DNA of 64,000 bases from Eledone cirrhosa. Its lineage: Eukaryota. The notes under the pieces were generated by a model. The model did not search any database. It saw only the letters and a list, made by a program, of their open reading frames with translations, and had not been told where the DNA came from. Numbering within the stretch: position 1 is the stretch's first letter; each line of letters opens with the position of its first letter. Below are positions 51,742-64,000 of the stretch, piece after piece. Location of the stretch: assembly GCA_964016885.1 (NCBI GenBank), contig OZ024743.1, positions 15,996,001 through 16,060,000 of the forward strand. The letters are read 5' to 3'. The translations under genes and the position numbers were made by a program.

Positions 51742-53894
51742 ACAATACATAAGCTGTTTTATAAATAATTAGTGACATACCTTTTGAGAATGCAACTTCC
51801 TTTTAAAAAAGTTGATTTGGTAGTGAAACTGTTATGATAGTTATATAGAAAGAAAACGAAGATGAGAAGAAGAAGGTGAAGAGATGTATGTAAATAAAAA
51901 AGAAGAAGATGAAGAGATGTATGCAAAGAGAAAAGAGATGTATGTAAAGAAAAACAACGGAGCGAGATAGAGAGACAAGGATAGAGAGAAATACATTGAT
52001 GGTGAAAAAAAAACATAGTAGGCTGCATTTTGACAGATGATCATCGTATATGTGAGAGGTTAAGGGAAGGGATACAGTTAGATTAGTGTATAGGAGAAAA
52101 AGAAAGAAAGATGATATATTTAAAATATATTAAAAATATATTATGTCTCATCCATTTGAATTATCAATTTTTATGAATTAGGCACTATAATGTAAATACC
52201 AGTATTCATGAATGAGACACATATCTATAATGTGTAATAAAAAAAAATGACCACATGCTCAGTTTAAAAATTCTTAGGTCTATAAGCAAAATCTGAGACA
52301 AAACTTCAAACATAAGTATATATGCATTCTCGTGAAAAATGAGAAAAGAGAAGGTTATCTCAAATTCAAGTTGACAAAATAAAGACGCACATGTGAACCT
52401 AGGTGATACGCTGCACTGATTCTTATATTTCATGAAAAACTTCAATGTGTCAGAAAAGGGATTCCTTTTAATTCCTCTTCTGAGACTTGTGACCTCTGCG
52501 CGGAGGAGATATTCTTTATATTAAAATCTAAAAATTCCCTTAATTTACGAACCAATTTATTCAGCTGTTGCAGACATAGATTGAACTCAACATTTAAATA
52601 TAAATATAAATTTAAAATGTAGTATAAAATGTAGTATATTTACTTAAGATATTTGACTATTTGTGATACTTGGCGATAAATCTTTCGATTCCTTTAATTA
52701 ATTTTTTTTTTTTTTAATTTTTTAATTTTTTTTTCTTTTAAACCTTTCCGCATGAATATATAATTAATGAGATTAAATAAACTACCCTAAAAGTGGCGTT
52801 GGTCCCAATCTTTTGAATAAATTTTTAAGCTGGATAAACTTCTATAATGAATATAAGAGCATTTGTAGAATAAGTTTTGAATGATTTCTGATAAATAAGG
52901 CTTGGTGAGCAATTTTGGTCCTGTTTGCTTTGACTCTGATTCTATGACCAATATGCGTGGCATACTATGTTCTCTTGCGTCCCTAGATACTCTGTAGAGT
53001 GACGAAGATATTCTTGGCGTTTTTAATTTTAATATTGATATCTGTTGTCTACTCTATGCTTGATCGATGATTGTTTTAGATGTTAATGTATATCTTATAT
53101 GTTTTGTGTCTATATATATGTATATATGTATGTAAGTGTATGTAGGGTGGAATCTCTTCTAACGCATTGAAGTTTTTCTTTTCTGACACATTGAAGTTTT
53201 TCATGAAATATAAGAATCAGTGCAGCGTATCACCTAGGTTCACATGTGCGTCTTTATTTATCAACTTGAATTTGAGATAACCTTCTCTTTTCTCATTTTT
53301 CACGAGAATGCATATATACTTATGTTTGAAGTTTTGTCTCAGATTTTGCTTATAGACCTAAGAATTTTTAAACTGAGCATGTGGTCATTTTTTTTTTTTT
53401 ACACATTATAGATATGTGTCTCATTCATGAATACTGGTATTTACATTATAGTGCCTAATTCATAAAAATTGATAATTCAAATGGATGAGACATAATATAT
53501 TTTTAATATATTTTAAATATATCATCTTTCTTTCTTTTTCTCCTATACACTAATCTAACTGTATCCCTTCCCTTAACCTCTCACATATACGATGATCATC
53601 TGTCAAAATGCAGCCTACTATGTTTTTTTTTCACCATCAATGTATTTCTCTCTATCCTTGTTTCTCTATCTTGCTCCGTTGTTTTTCTTTACATACATCT
53701 CTTTTCTCTTTGCATACATCTCTTCATCTTCTTCTTTTTTATTTACATACATCTCTTCACCTTCTTCTTCTCATCTTCGTTTTCTTTCTATATAACTATC
53801 ATAACAGTTTCACTACCAAATCAACTTTTTTAAAAGGAAGTTGCATTCTCAAAAGGTATGTCACTAATTATTTATAAAACAGCTTATGTATTGT

Positions 53895-53958
53895 ATTTTG
53901 TCTGAGGAAGGCATAACATATTTTTAATATGATATCCCAGAAATATATATAACAAAAT
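53895..53958 (+). ncRNA. Minimal type I hammerhead-like motif (family D)
   Basis: ATTTTGT CTGAGGA AGGCATAACATATTTTTAATATGATATCCCA GAAA TATATA TA ACAAAAT: 7-bp stem I, intact core, imperfect stem II (A.A first pair), palindromic stem III. Confidence 0.62.
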
Positions 53959-54114
53959 AAATATGGTTTTATAAATATAGTTTCCATTTGTTTAATATCG
54001 TAAACCTACTCCAGAAACTGTCGAGTGCTTTTATATCAGTTATAAAATATTTACTCGTTGTAACCCAACAATCTTAAATAAAACTTTTGCATATATATAT
54101 ATATATATATATAT

Positions 54115-54419
54115 TATCATTTCATTTCATTTCATTTTAAGTCCACTTTTTCCCTGCTTGCAAGGGTGAGACGGGAACTGATTCTGGCTTGATTTCTACA
54201 GCTGGATCCCCTTCTTAACAACAACCTCATTTGCAGTGAGTGGTGGGTGCTATGTTGCCTTGGCACCTCTACGACCACTAATTTCTAAAGCTGAGTAAAC
54301 TGGAGCAATGTGAAATAAAGTGTCTTGCTCAGGAACCAACGCATCACCCGGTCTGAGAATTGAACTCACAAACTTTCGATTGCAAGGTCAATGCTCTAAC
54401 TACTGAGCCATGTGCCTCC
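54115..54419 (-). mobile_element. SINE family S1
   Basis: Reverse complement of the 7480 element with an internal deletion; (CATTT)n tail. Confidence 0.85.
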
Positions 54420-54662
54420 ATATATGGGAATATTTTTCTTTATTTTATGCCTCTCCTTCGTTCTGTCCAACGCCATCTTGTTTTTGTGTGTGTTGCGTGC
54501 TTAGTTCACGCATGTGTTACATCAGGGTGCGTGTGTTTCTTATTTGCAACATGACCCTCCCAAAGTATAACAATATCGGTTTCAACAGACGTTTTCAGAT
54601 AAAGAATCTTGCTAAACAAATTCAGAAACGAATTATATATATATATATACAGTATATATATC

Positions 54663-54707
<45 letters not shown>

Positions 54708-54730
54708 ATTGTATATATATATATATATAC

Positions 54731-54794
<64 letters not shown>

Positions 54795-54800
<6 letters not shown>

Positions 54801-55480
54801 TATGTATACGTACATACATATATGTATACAGACGTACAGTAGTATGTATATATACATACATGCACACATATATATATATGTACGTATGGTGAATCCATAC
54901 GTACATATATATGTGTGCATGTATGTATATATATATATATATATACATACTACTGTACGTCTGTATACATATATGTATGTACGTGTACATACTTATATTT
55001 AAGTAACAGCCGTACTAAGAGTGAGAAATGAAATTTTGTTTCATTTTTTCCGTTTATCGTTTTTGGTCGCCCAGCCGATTAACTCACTCGATATGCAAAT
55101 TAGGCTGCTCAGTCGGTAATATGCACCAGGAAAGTATATACTTTCAGACGTTCAATCATCTGGCAGGAAGGTATACATTGCTGACAATAGCTAATAAGCT
55201 TGAAACTAGTACAGTGTTCCTTTGTCAGTGTTGAACAAATGAGCAACGATGGTTGCTAGACACTACGGCTTAATTCGGGATGTTTGTTTACAAACACACC
55301 GAGCATTATAATAAATGTTTGGTGAATCCATACGTACATATATATATGTGTGCATGTATGTATATATACATACTACTGTACGTCTGTTTACATATATGTA
55401 TGTACGTATACATACTTATATTTAAGTAACAGCCGTGCTAAGAGTGAGAAATGAAATTTTGTTTCATTTTTTCCGTTTAT
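54795..55480 (+). mobile_element. Hammerhead-bearing non-coding repeat, family A, array 3
   Basis: Fold-back at TACGTATGG-TGAAT-CCATACGTA (about 54880-54904), then a unit of about 430 bp repeated 1.4 times; hammerhead at 55175-55217 with core CTGACAA. Confidence 0.87.
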
Positions 55481-55489
55481 ATATATATA

Positions 55490-55998
55490 CATCATCATCA
55501 TCATCATCATCAACGTTTAATGTCCGTGTTCCACGCTTGCATGGGTTTGGACGGGGATTTTCCCACTTGAGGCAAGAGTGATTGTCTTGCTCGCATAGGA
55601 CTGTCTGGCAGGTTTTCTACAGTTGGATGCCCTTCCTAACACCAACCACATTTACAGTGTGGGTCTGGGAGGTTTTTACCGTGTTGCCTACACGGCCACA
55701 TTACAGCGTGGACTGTGTGTTTTTTTTGTCGTGACACCTACACGATCTCATTTGTTTCGGCCTGGATGGTATGGCACTAACATAACTTTACATAGAAGGG
55801 GGGGTGGGGGGTGGGGGAGGGGTGAGACGGGGGTGTATTTTGTTAGAGATGCCTACTGACTGTAGTAGGTTTTACTTTGTAATTAGGTAAGGCGGGTCTT
55901 CTCTATTACTGAGTACCGCCAAAGGTCTCGGTCCAGTGACATTGTCTTGGTGAGGTGTAAGTGTGTGAGGTCGGAGTTTATCAGCTTGTCCCAGGTTT
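55490..55998 (-). mobile_element. RTE LINE 3' end fragment (second subfamily)
   Basis: KTWDKLINSDL C-terminus, UTR with TGGATGCCCTTCCTAACACCAACC, (CAT)n tail. Confidence 0.8.
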
Positions 55999-56159
55999 TT
56001 TATATATATTATATATTTGATAGCTGATATTATTTCACGTTGCTCCTAACTGGAGTTGCGATGGATAGATAGTACTAGCAACTGGAAAGACCAACGGAAA
56101 CATTGTTTCCTCGGTCCAATCTGATGGAAGTCGATCGATCCTATATATATATATATATG

Positions 56160-56577
56160 GAGGCACATGGCTTAGTGGTTAGAGCATTAGCCTTGCAATC
56201 AAAAGATTGTGAGTTCATTTCTCAGACCGGGTGAAGTGTTGTTTCCTTGAGCAAGACACTTTATTTCACATTGCTCCAGTTTACTCAGCTGTAGAAATGA
56301 GATGATAGGGACTGGGGTTCATATCATTCCACTGCAAAGTGGTCGTAGAGGTGCGACGGCAAAAAAGCACCCAGCCCACACTGTAAAGTGGTTGTGCAAG
56401 TGCCACGGTAAAAAAGCACCCACCAAAAAGCACCCACCAAAAAAGCACCCACCAACCACAAAATGAGGTTGGTATTAGGAAGGGCATCCAGCTGTAGAAA
56501 TCAACCCAGAATCAGTTCCTGTCCCACCCTTGCAAGCAGGGAAAAGTGGGCGGAAAATGAAATGATGATGATTATGA
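56160..56577 (+). mobile_element. SINE family S1, full length
   Basis: A and B boxes, CORE-like body, RTE-derived tail with an AAAAAGCACCCACC microrepeat, GAT tail. Confidence 0.88.
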
Positions 56578-56601
56578 TATATATATGTATGTATAGTATG
56601 T

Positions 56602-56996
56602 GAAGGTGCATGGCTTAGTGGTTAGAGCAGTAAGCTTGCCATCGAAAGGTTGTGAGTTCAATTCTCAGACTGGGTGATGTGTTGTTTCCTTGAGCAAGAC
56701 ACTTTATTTCACGTTGCTCCAGTTTACTCAGCTGAAAATGAGAACCAGCAATAGCTGGAGGTTTAACCCTCTGATGAACTGGCATCCTGTCCAGGGGGGA
56801 GTCTTGTACTCTCAGTCACTTCACGCCATGAAACCGGGATAAGAACTGGCCAAATGAGCCTTCTGGCTTAAGACAGATTTTAGACTTATGGCCTGTCTGC
56901 CCAGCCAGTGAGATGGCGTCATCATATGGCTAAAACAGCACGTGCTGTTACCAGTGGTGCTGATTCGCGCCCGACAGACTGGTCGGTCAAGGTGAT
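56602..56996 (+). mobile_element. SINE with the S1 head but a different 3' half
   Basis: Same head as far as CTCAGCTG, then CCCTCTGATGAACTGGCATCCTGTCCAGGGGG (V-domain-like, from memory) and an unrelated tail. Confidence 0.75.
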
Positions 56997-57504
56997 GTAT
57001 AGTATATATTGGCAATATACCATATGTTTAATTCAACATACGGTATATTGCCAAATATACTATACATACATTCTTGGGATTACAAATCCTTAAAACTCTC
57101 CTACAGTTCATAAAACTTCCATAGGGTTAGCCATTGTTATTTATATAACAGACTGAATGAGCTGGGTGAATAATACAATACTTAAATACCTGTATATGTC
57201 ACTGTTGTAAGAAATTATACCTAACTCATCATATGGACTGAGTGCTTTTACCCTTCGATATTCATTGCAAAATTGTGCAACCATGTACATGTGTATCAAC
57301 ATCATTGATGATTTATCATCCACTTACTCTACTAGCAATATATATATATATATGTGTGCGTGTGTGTGTGTGTATGTGTGTGTGTGGTGTAAGTGTGTGT
57401 GTTTGTGTTTCTTATATATATCTGATATGTTTTGCACGATTCATGACCCTCATAAAGTATAACTATATATATATATGATGATGATGATGATGATGGTGAT
57501 ATAT

Positions 57505-57935
57505 ACATTGCTGTCCTGAAGTCTGTGCTGCTGTACGGGTCTGAGACTTGGACACTGACCAAGAAACTCACTCAGAGGGTGGATGGGTGCTATACGAGAA
57601 TGCTGAGGATGGCTCTGAACATTAATCAGTATACACTGAGGATGAAAAACTCAGAGCTGTATGGGAGCCTCCCAAAAGTCAGCTCAAAAGTGACACAGAG
57701 GAGACTGGGGTTAGCTGGACATGCTCACCGACATCCAGAGTTGACATTGCACTCAGTGCTCCTGTGGGAGCCCCTATATGGACACACTGGAAGAGGAAGA
57801 CCAAGGTTAACGTATGTTAATGCCCTAAGGACAGACACTGGTCTGTTGGAGACGCAGGACATGGCAGCGATAATGAGGGACAGAGACCACTGGAGAGAAC
57901 TCGTCCATGGATCTCGTGAATTTTACCTGCCTTAG
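57505..57935 (+). mobile_element. RTE-type LINE 3' fragment (another family)
   Basis: VLLYGSETWTLTKKL...GCYTRMLR...LAGHAHRH...GRGRPRLTY. Confidence 0.85.
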
Positions 57936-57950
57936 AAAAAAAATATATAT

Positions 57951-58190
57951 ATTAGAAATATAAACTTTCACCGTATTTTTTACTAAAGAAATTTTTTTAG
58001 CCTGATAGTGGGGTTTAGAACCCTCAGAGAAATGGAAAAAGATGAGTATTGACGTCAATACTCATCTTTTTCCATTTCTGTGACGGTTCTAAACCCCACT
58101 ATCAGGCTAAAATAATTTTTTTAGTCAAAAATACGGTGAAAGCTTATATTTCTAATTTCACACTTGCTCACTGTTTCAAAACATACTTAC
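57951..58190. repeat. 206-bp spacer-less palindrome with about 35 bp of right tail
   Basis: Arms 57951-58053 and 58054-58156 centred on TTGAC|GTCAA; TA runs on both sides. Confidence 0.9.
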
Positions 58191-58365
58191 ATATATATAT
58201 ATATATATATATCATCCTCGTCATTGTTTTAACATCCACTTTCCCTGCTAACAATGTTTGAAGGGGTCTACATAAACCAAGTCAGTACTGAAGTGGTGGC
58301 CGCCAATCTTCGATTCAAGCCAGATATCCACTCTTGCTTATGTACGTTTGTGTACAGGGTTGGTT

Positions 58366-58885
58366 GTCATGTCTTTGACACAATCTACTGTCCTCAAAAC
58401 CCTTTCTTTGGCAAGCTTTCTATCACTGGATGCTCTTCCTATGACCTACCACTTTACAGCATGTACTAAGTGTATTTATCATGTATATCACCAAACACTA
58501 GAGAGGCAGTCATGTCTTGACATGATTGAAGGGTCCTCTTAACCCTTTGTTTGTCAACCTTTATATGGCTGGATACCTTTCTTATCCCCAACCACTTTAT
58601 AGTGTACTGGGTGCATTTATCATGTAGATCATCAACACTAGGAAGTTCTACATGCCTTTGACATGACTGAAGGGTCATCCAAGCCCTTTGTCTGGCAAGT
58701 TTTCTATGGTTTGATGCCATTCCTATCACCTGTCACATTGTGTGTACTGAGAGTGTTTATCCTGTAGATCACCAAACACTAGGGAGGCTGTCATGCCTTA
58801 GCATGACTAAAGCATCCTACCAACCCTTTGTTTGGCAAACCATCGAATACTTGATGCCCTTCCCATCACCAACCACTTCACAAGG
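58366..58885 (-). repeat. Roughly 140-bp tandem repeat (about 3.7 units) in an old RTE 3' UTR
   Basis: Recurrent GTCATGTCTTTGACA...ACCCTTTGTTTGGCAA...GGATGC.CTTCCTATCACC..CCACTTTACA...ATCACCAAACACTAG; an RTE C-terminal remnant (GTCGKGRPRKT) lies at about 59030-59135 on the minus strand. Confidence 0.7.
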
Positions 58886-60867
58886 GAACAGCAGCTAGTT
58901 ATGTGTGTGGGGAGGGAGCATGAGGTGCGTACGGTGTGGTTTATAGTGATGTTGGGGATAGCTGTTGATGAGCTGTGGTGGAAATTGTATGTTGCAGGTC
59001 GTGTCTTCTTTAGCCCCACTTAGTGCCAGCCCTCACAATCTTTAGTCATTTCTGTTGTGAGATTTAGTTTCTTAAATTTAACCTTTACATCCCCATCCTA
59101 TGTCTTCCTGGGTCTACCTTTTCCACAGGTGCCAATGTTGGTGAAAGAATGGAAATGGTTGAAGAATACCTTATAAACATCTGAGTGAGACAAACAACAG
59201 GGGAATGTATTCATTATTCAAATCTGAAGCGAATATAATTTCTATATGCAGTATCTTGCTAATATATGAGTTAGTGTTTGTCAAATCCATGAAATCCTGA
59301 TAAATGAACAATAATTGATTAAATGCAAATATAATTTAAATTGATGCTGAATTCTGAGGGGAATTTTTTAGTGATATCTATTTTTACAGCTAACAATTTC
59401 AGTTGGTTAAAGAATAAATAATCTTTTAAGAAAGTATAAAAAAAAAAAATCACACTAAAGAGAGAAAATGTAGTGATTTGTAAAAAAAATGAAAATCCTG
59501 CAAACAAATGATACATTTGCGATTTCTATTTAATTGGTTTTTATTTTATTTTATATTTCAAGTACACTTGACTGCATTGTATGAAGAAGACATACTTTAA
59601 AATTAGATTATTCAAATTATATGAAAGAAGAGTTTTTAAAAATTTCCATTTACTTTTCAGTAGTGAAATGAATACAAGATTTCAGATTCCATTCATGAGA
59701 ACATTTGGGATATCATCTGCACTATTATGAAATAAAACTGCAATATAAACAGACTGAAGTATAGTAAGTGTTACTTACTTCCCATATATATTTGATGCTC
59801 ATATACAATCTCTAAAAGTCCTTCTTTCTCATAAACTTAATCCATGATGTAAATACAATTAAAACATAACAATTAAAATGAATAAAATTAATATGTATTA
59901 AAATGAATAAAATTAATATATATTAAAATAAAAATATGAATACTTGCAAAACCATCAGATTGTCAGACAAATGTATTGCAGTATTTTGTTACAACATTAT
60001 ACATTCTGAATAGAAATCCTAATGATGCCAATTTTTTGGCTTCTTATCTTTCTGGTGGGTTGATGAAATTAACCCTTTAGCATTTAAACTGGCCATATCC
60101 AGCCAAAATTCTCTCACCTCTTTCTGTTCAGATCGGCTATCAAAATCTGTTAGATTCGTCATTATGTGAGATAATTATGTAAGATAAAGCCTTTACCACA
60201 GAAAATAAAATAATATGGAGTAATATAAATGCTAAATGGCTAAGTATCTGTCATGGTTTGATTTAAATTCCTCTATCATCTCACCATCACAAAAAAATTG
60301 TTGTCTTGTGAAAATGTTAAAAATCAATATTATTTCATGCACTATATTCTTTGTTTTAGAATCAGACAGTAAAGGATAAGTGCTTGAAGTAAGCCAGATA
60401 GATAAAGATCAATGTTAATCATTTCTCGAAAATGTATCCCTTATCTGTTAGCATTTATCTTATGCTGTAATAATCATGTACAATTTCTTCCATTAAAATA
60501 ATGGATTTTTTTAATAGTAAATTTGCCCTTTGTACCCATGTCTCATTTGAAACTACTCAATGCACTTCTTATGGGAAATCGTATTAATACATGTGAGTGT
60601 GTGTGTATGTATATATGTATGTACATGTGTATGTACTACGAAGTTATTTTCCCATCATGAAAACACAGCACTTTCTAAAAGAAAGTAGATAGATGTAAAC
60701 TGTGTGGAAACTCTGTGAATGAACTATATCTATAATTCAAATGGTCCTCCGTCTCATAAATTGTATCATGCTTATTCCATTCAAAACTATGTTACGGTCA
60801 CATATGTGATTTGAATGCTTGCCCTTTATATTTAATTCACTGGGTATGTAGTTCAGATGATCATACG

Positions 60868-61260
60868 ATGACACACGACCATAACCTCTGGCATCCCGCA
60901 GTAACACAGAAGACCTGACCCCCCCCCCCCTACGGGTACAAGCCGAAGCTGAAGCATATAGACAATATGCCCCCACACCCTCCACACTGCAAAGTGGTCG
61001 TGGAGGTGCCACTGCATAAAAGCACCCAGCCCACACTGTAAAGTGGCGGCCATGTAGGCGCCATGGAAAAAAAACATCCAGCACTCACTGTAAATGAGGT
61101 TGGTGTTAGGAAGGGCATCCAGCTGTAGAAATCAAGCCAGAATCAGTTCCTGTATGAACAAGACAAGGTCAGCCAACCGGACACTGCCCACAACAGGACA
61201 ACCCGTCTAACCCATGCTAGCGTGGAAGAACGGACGTAAAACGGTGATGATGATGATGAT
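60868..61260 (+). mobile_element. RTE LINE 3' end fragment
   Basis: Reverse complement of 44255-44630; ends CGGACGTAAAACGGT(GAT)n. Confidence 0.88.
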
Positions 61261-64000
61261 ACAGCTGGAATAGACATTGTTAAAACTGATCAAGGATACA
61301 TTTACTTTATTTACCATATGAAACAAAATATTGAACATGGAATTTCATCCTGAAAACCATCCTTTTTTCCTTCTGATATATTCCTGATGTCTTGGAAGCC
61401 CTGCCCAAATTCAAGAGTGCTCCCTCTTCTTCTTCCTTATAGTTACTTTTACATTATCACAAGACCTGAAATGTATAGGAGGTGTGGACAATCAGCTATG
61501 GTCACAAGTGACTGTATGAAAAAACCCCCCAAAACTGGTAGTTTCAAAGGTAAAATTGCACTTGGATAACATTCTAACTAAAAATGTCCTAGGATGAAGC
61601 TAAAATTCATAAAACATTTGACAAGCATTTTGGCCTCTTCAATGATATGTAATAATAATTATCAGGATGTTCGATTTACTGAGATGTTTAATATAGTTGG
61701 CAAAAACAAAATATGACTGAAGTCTCCATGGGTTCACTCAACATATTATAAATAGACACCTTCTGATCACATTCGACCATCTTGGTAAAAAGCAAACACA
61801 TAAAAACAAGAACATCCCTTTAAATCATCTTAAGAAAAGGAAGTTGGATATTAAAGCTGGGATGTTCATGATCGGAATGCATTTGGTGATAGGTCTGCTC
61901 AATCAGAAACAATATGATAAAACAAATTTTAGCTGTATTGGCTCTTACATATTGATGGATGAATTTCCTAGTACATATTTTGTCATCTTAGTTTTGTTGA
62001 TGTGTATAGTCCACTAATGGAAATTTGTATATTCTCAATAATGTATATATACACACTGAATATGCATATGTTTCCATGACTATGGAAGAAAGATAAATAA
62101 AGGCAGGCTGTCAGGAAGACAAAGTCACACACACATGTATTGGTACACATACATGCACATACACATTTACTCACACACAAACATATTTGTGTGTATATAT
62201 ATATATTTGTATACAAATACAAAGAGTGACAGAGAGAGAAAGCCAAATACAGACAGATAGATATAGTTTGAGAGATGTGGTCAATGTACAATGAAATGGA
62301 AGAATAATTAACCAACTTTGTATGCAACACTCGCAGACAGATTATTTTTTTACATAAGATATTTTACATACACATCGCACTAAACAGAGATTGATGTATT
62401 AATTGTACATATTGATTCGTAAATCAAACAATCAAAGCAAAACTCTTAGAATTCCAACAATGGTCGAGACTATAGTTTAGGGTAATTTGTTACCAAGACA
62501 AATGTTAAACATAGAACAAATCTTTGGCTGTCTCCGAAACCTATTTTGATTTCTATGGTTCAATTGACAGCCAAATAGTTTACCAAGATATTAAATAATG
62601 CTGTCGGCTAAAAGCTATTGAATTCAACTTTGGAAATATCAAACATTTTTTTCTCATTTTTTTTTCTTTTTTGCTTCACTGTTTTAATGATTTTTCTTTA
62701 CTCATTTTTTATCTATTCGTGATTTTTTGTTTTACTATTTCTTTATAAAATATCGTTTAATTAGCATTTTGCCTCGAAAACATTCCATCTTCAGACAAAA
62801 GCCAAAACGTTTATCTTAGTAAGGGATATAAGTTGATTTCTAAAAATATGCAACTATATAAATAGCTATGGTTAGTTATTTCTAGGTTTGAATCACCACA
62901 AAACAACACAAACAATAACATCAGCACTGACTCTATTACAGCGAATACCAATGCTGCCCCCACTACATCACCACCACTAACAACAACAAAACTACTATAT
63001 TAACAAAGCTAATATTCCTATGGTTTCTTTCTAGCTGATCTGCTATACCTTAATTCCATTAAAAAGCAATTCTTGTTATTGTTGTATTCATTATCATTGC
63101 CTTAGTCATCATTTACATTAACACAGTCAATATCATCATTATCAGCATCGCTGCCCCTACCATTGCCTTTCTTCTCCTTCCCATCACCATCAACATCATA
63201 TAGCCCACAAGAGTTTATCTTCAAAGTAAAATCATTGAATTTTCTTTTTCTCTTACATCCCAAGTGAGTAAGCTTTTTATTCAATTAGAATGAGGATTAA
63301 ATTGCAAAATTGGAATATTGGTTTATAATTATGAATGCAAATATCTCCATTTCAGCATGTACACAGAGAAATGCATTCGCTATTTGAGATCTACTTTGTT
63401 TAGATAATTGCAACACTGAGCAATGGTACAATCAATTATCAAGATCATACACATTTCTAAATACTTCCATGCATACATTCATATATAAAAACATAAATGC
63501 ACACAGATGTAGCTATGCTCATATATTCTTACGCACCATCACATACAAACATGTATGCTACAAACTATCTATTAGTACTTTTGAATAGCTGGATAATTCA
63601 AGCAATGACAGTGACTAGCTAATATGTACTTTGCAAATATGCTCTGTAAAGGGAAATACTTTTCTAAAATTCAACAGGTAACACTTTATCATTTTTGTTA
63701 TCCCTATTCCAGTGGCAGTGCTTCATTGTAGTAAGAATTCAAGTAATTAAAAAAGTAAAGATTGCATACATATATAGATACATAAGATGAATGTAGTCTC
63801 TCACCTATCTCCTGAAATTGTGTTATGTAGTTTTGCCTACATAGGCCTCCTTTATTCATAAATGACCAAGGGTTTACACCTAGATAGACTTCATCACAGG
63901 CACAAGCCCAGATTAGGTATATTTCCGGAGGACCACCAGTCATCCATGCATACCATTTTCCATCTTTAAGTCACGAATGTTGTCCAAGTGAGAGGCAAAG

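Larger units (their letters stand above)
51636..54090 (+). mobile_element. Second Penelope-like element remnant (family D), with roughly 820-bp inverted arms
   Basis: Arms at about 51636-52458 and 53178-54001; about 88-bp right tail; plus strand 52457-52590 translates KGIPFNSSSETCDLCAEEIFFILKSKNSLNLRTNLFSCCRH, the PLE GIY-YIG C-terminus; (TA)n on both sides. Confidence 0.85.

Noticed and set aside
54545-54610. Minus-strand CTGAAAA...GAAA CCGA TA hammerhead-like string
   Set aside because: The core, stem II and stem I are all defective; indistinguishable from chance.
58366-58885. CRISPR-like array
   Set aside because: Whole units are homologous with no unique spacers; eukaryotic context and no cas genes.
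59661-59763. Exon-like segment bounded by TTTTCAG and GTAAGT
   Set aside because: Stops in all three frames; such signals occur by chance in AT-rich DNA.

Overview
AT-rich, repeat-dominated eukaryotic DNA with no host protein-coding gene that I can support. The repeat vocabulary suggests a cephalopod, probably octopus (inference): RTE LINEs with (GAT)n tails, tRNA-derived SINEs, and very long (TA)n and (CA)n tracts. Recognisable coding remnants are all transposon-derived: many RTE fragments (one family has a C4HC3 PHD-type finger inside its RT), three CR1-like 3' fragments, a CRE-like fragment, and two Penelope-like elements (PLEs) with long inverted arms. The most striking signal is a set of at least four unrelated sequence families, each inserted in (TA)n, each carrying a type I hammerhead ribozyme motif, and each built as partial tandems and/or fold-backs with a one-sided 35-90 bp tail. 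Three of the four are entirely non-coding. This looks like a retrozyme-like or non-autonomous PLE system. All coordinates were read by eye; repeat boundaries are approximate.
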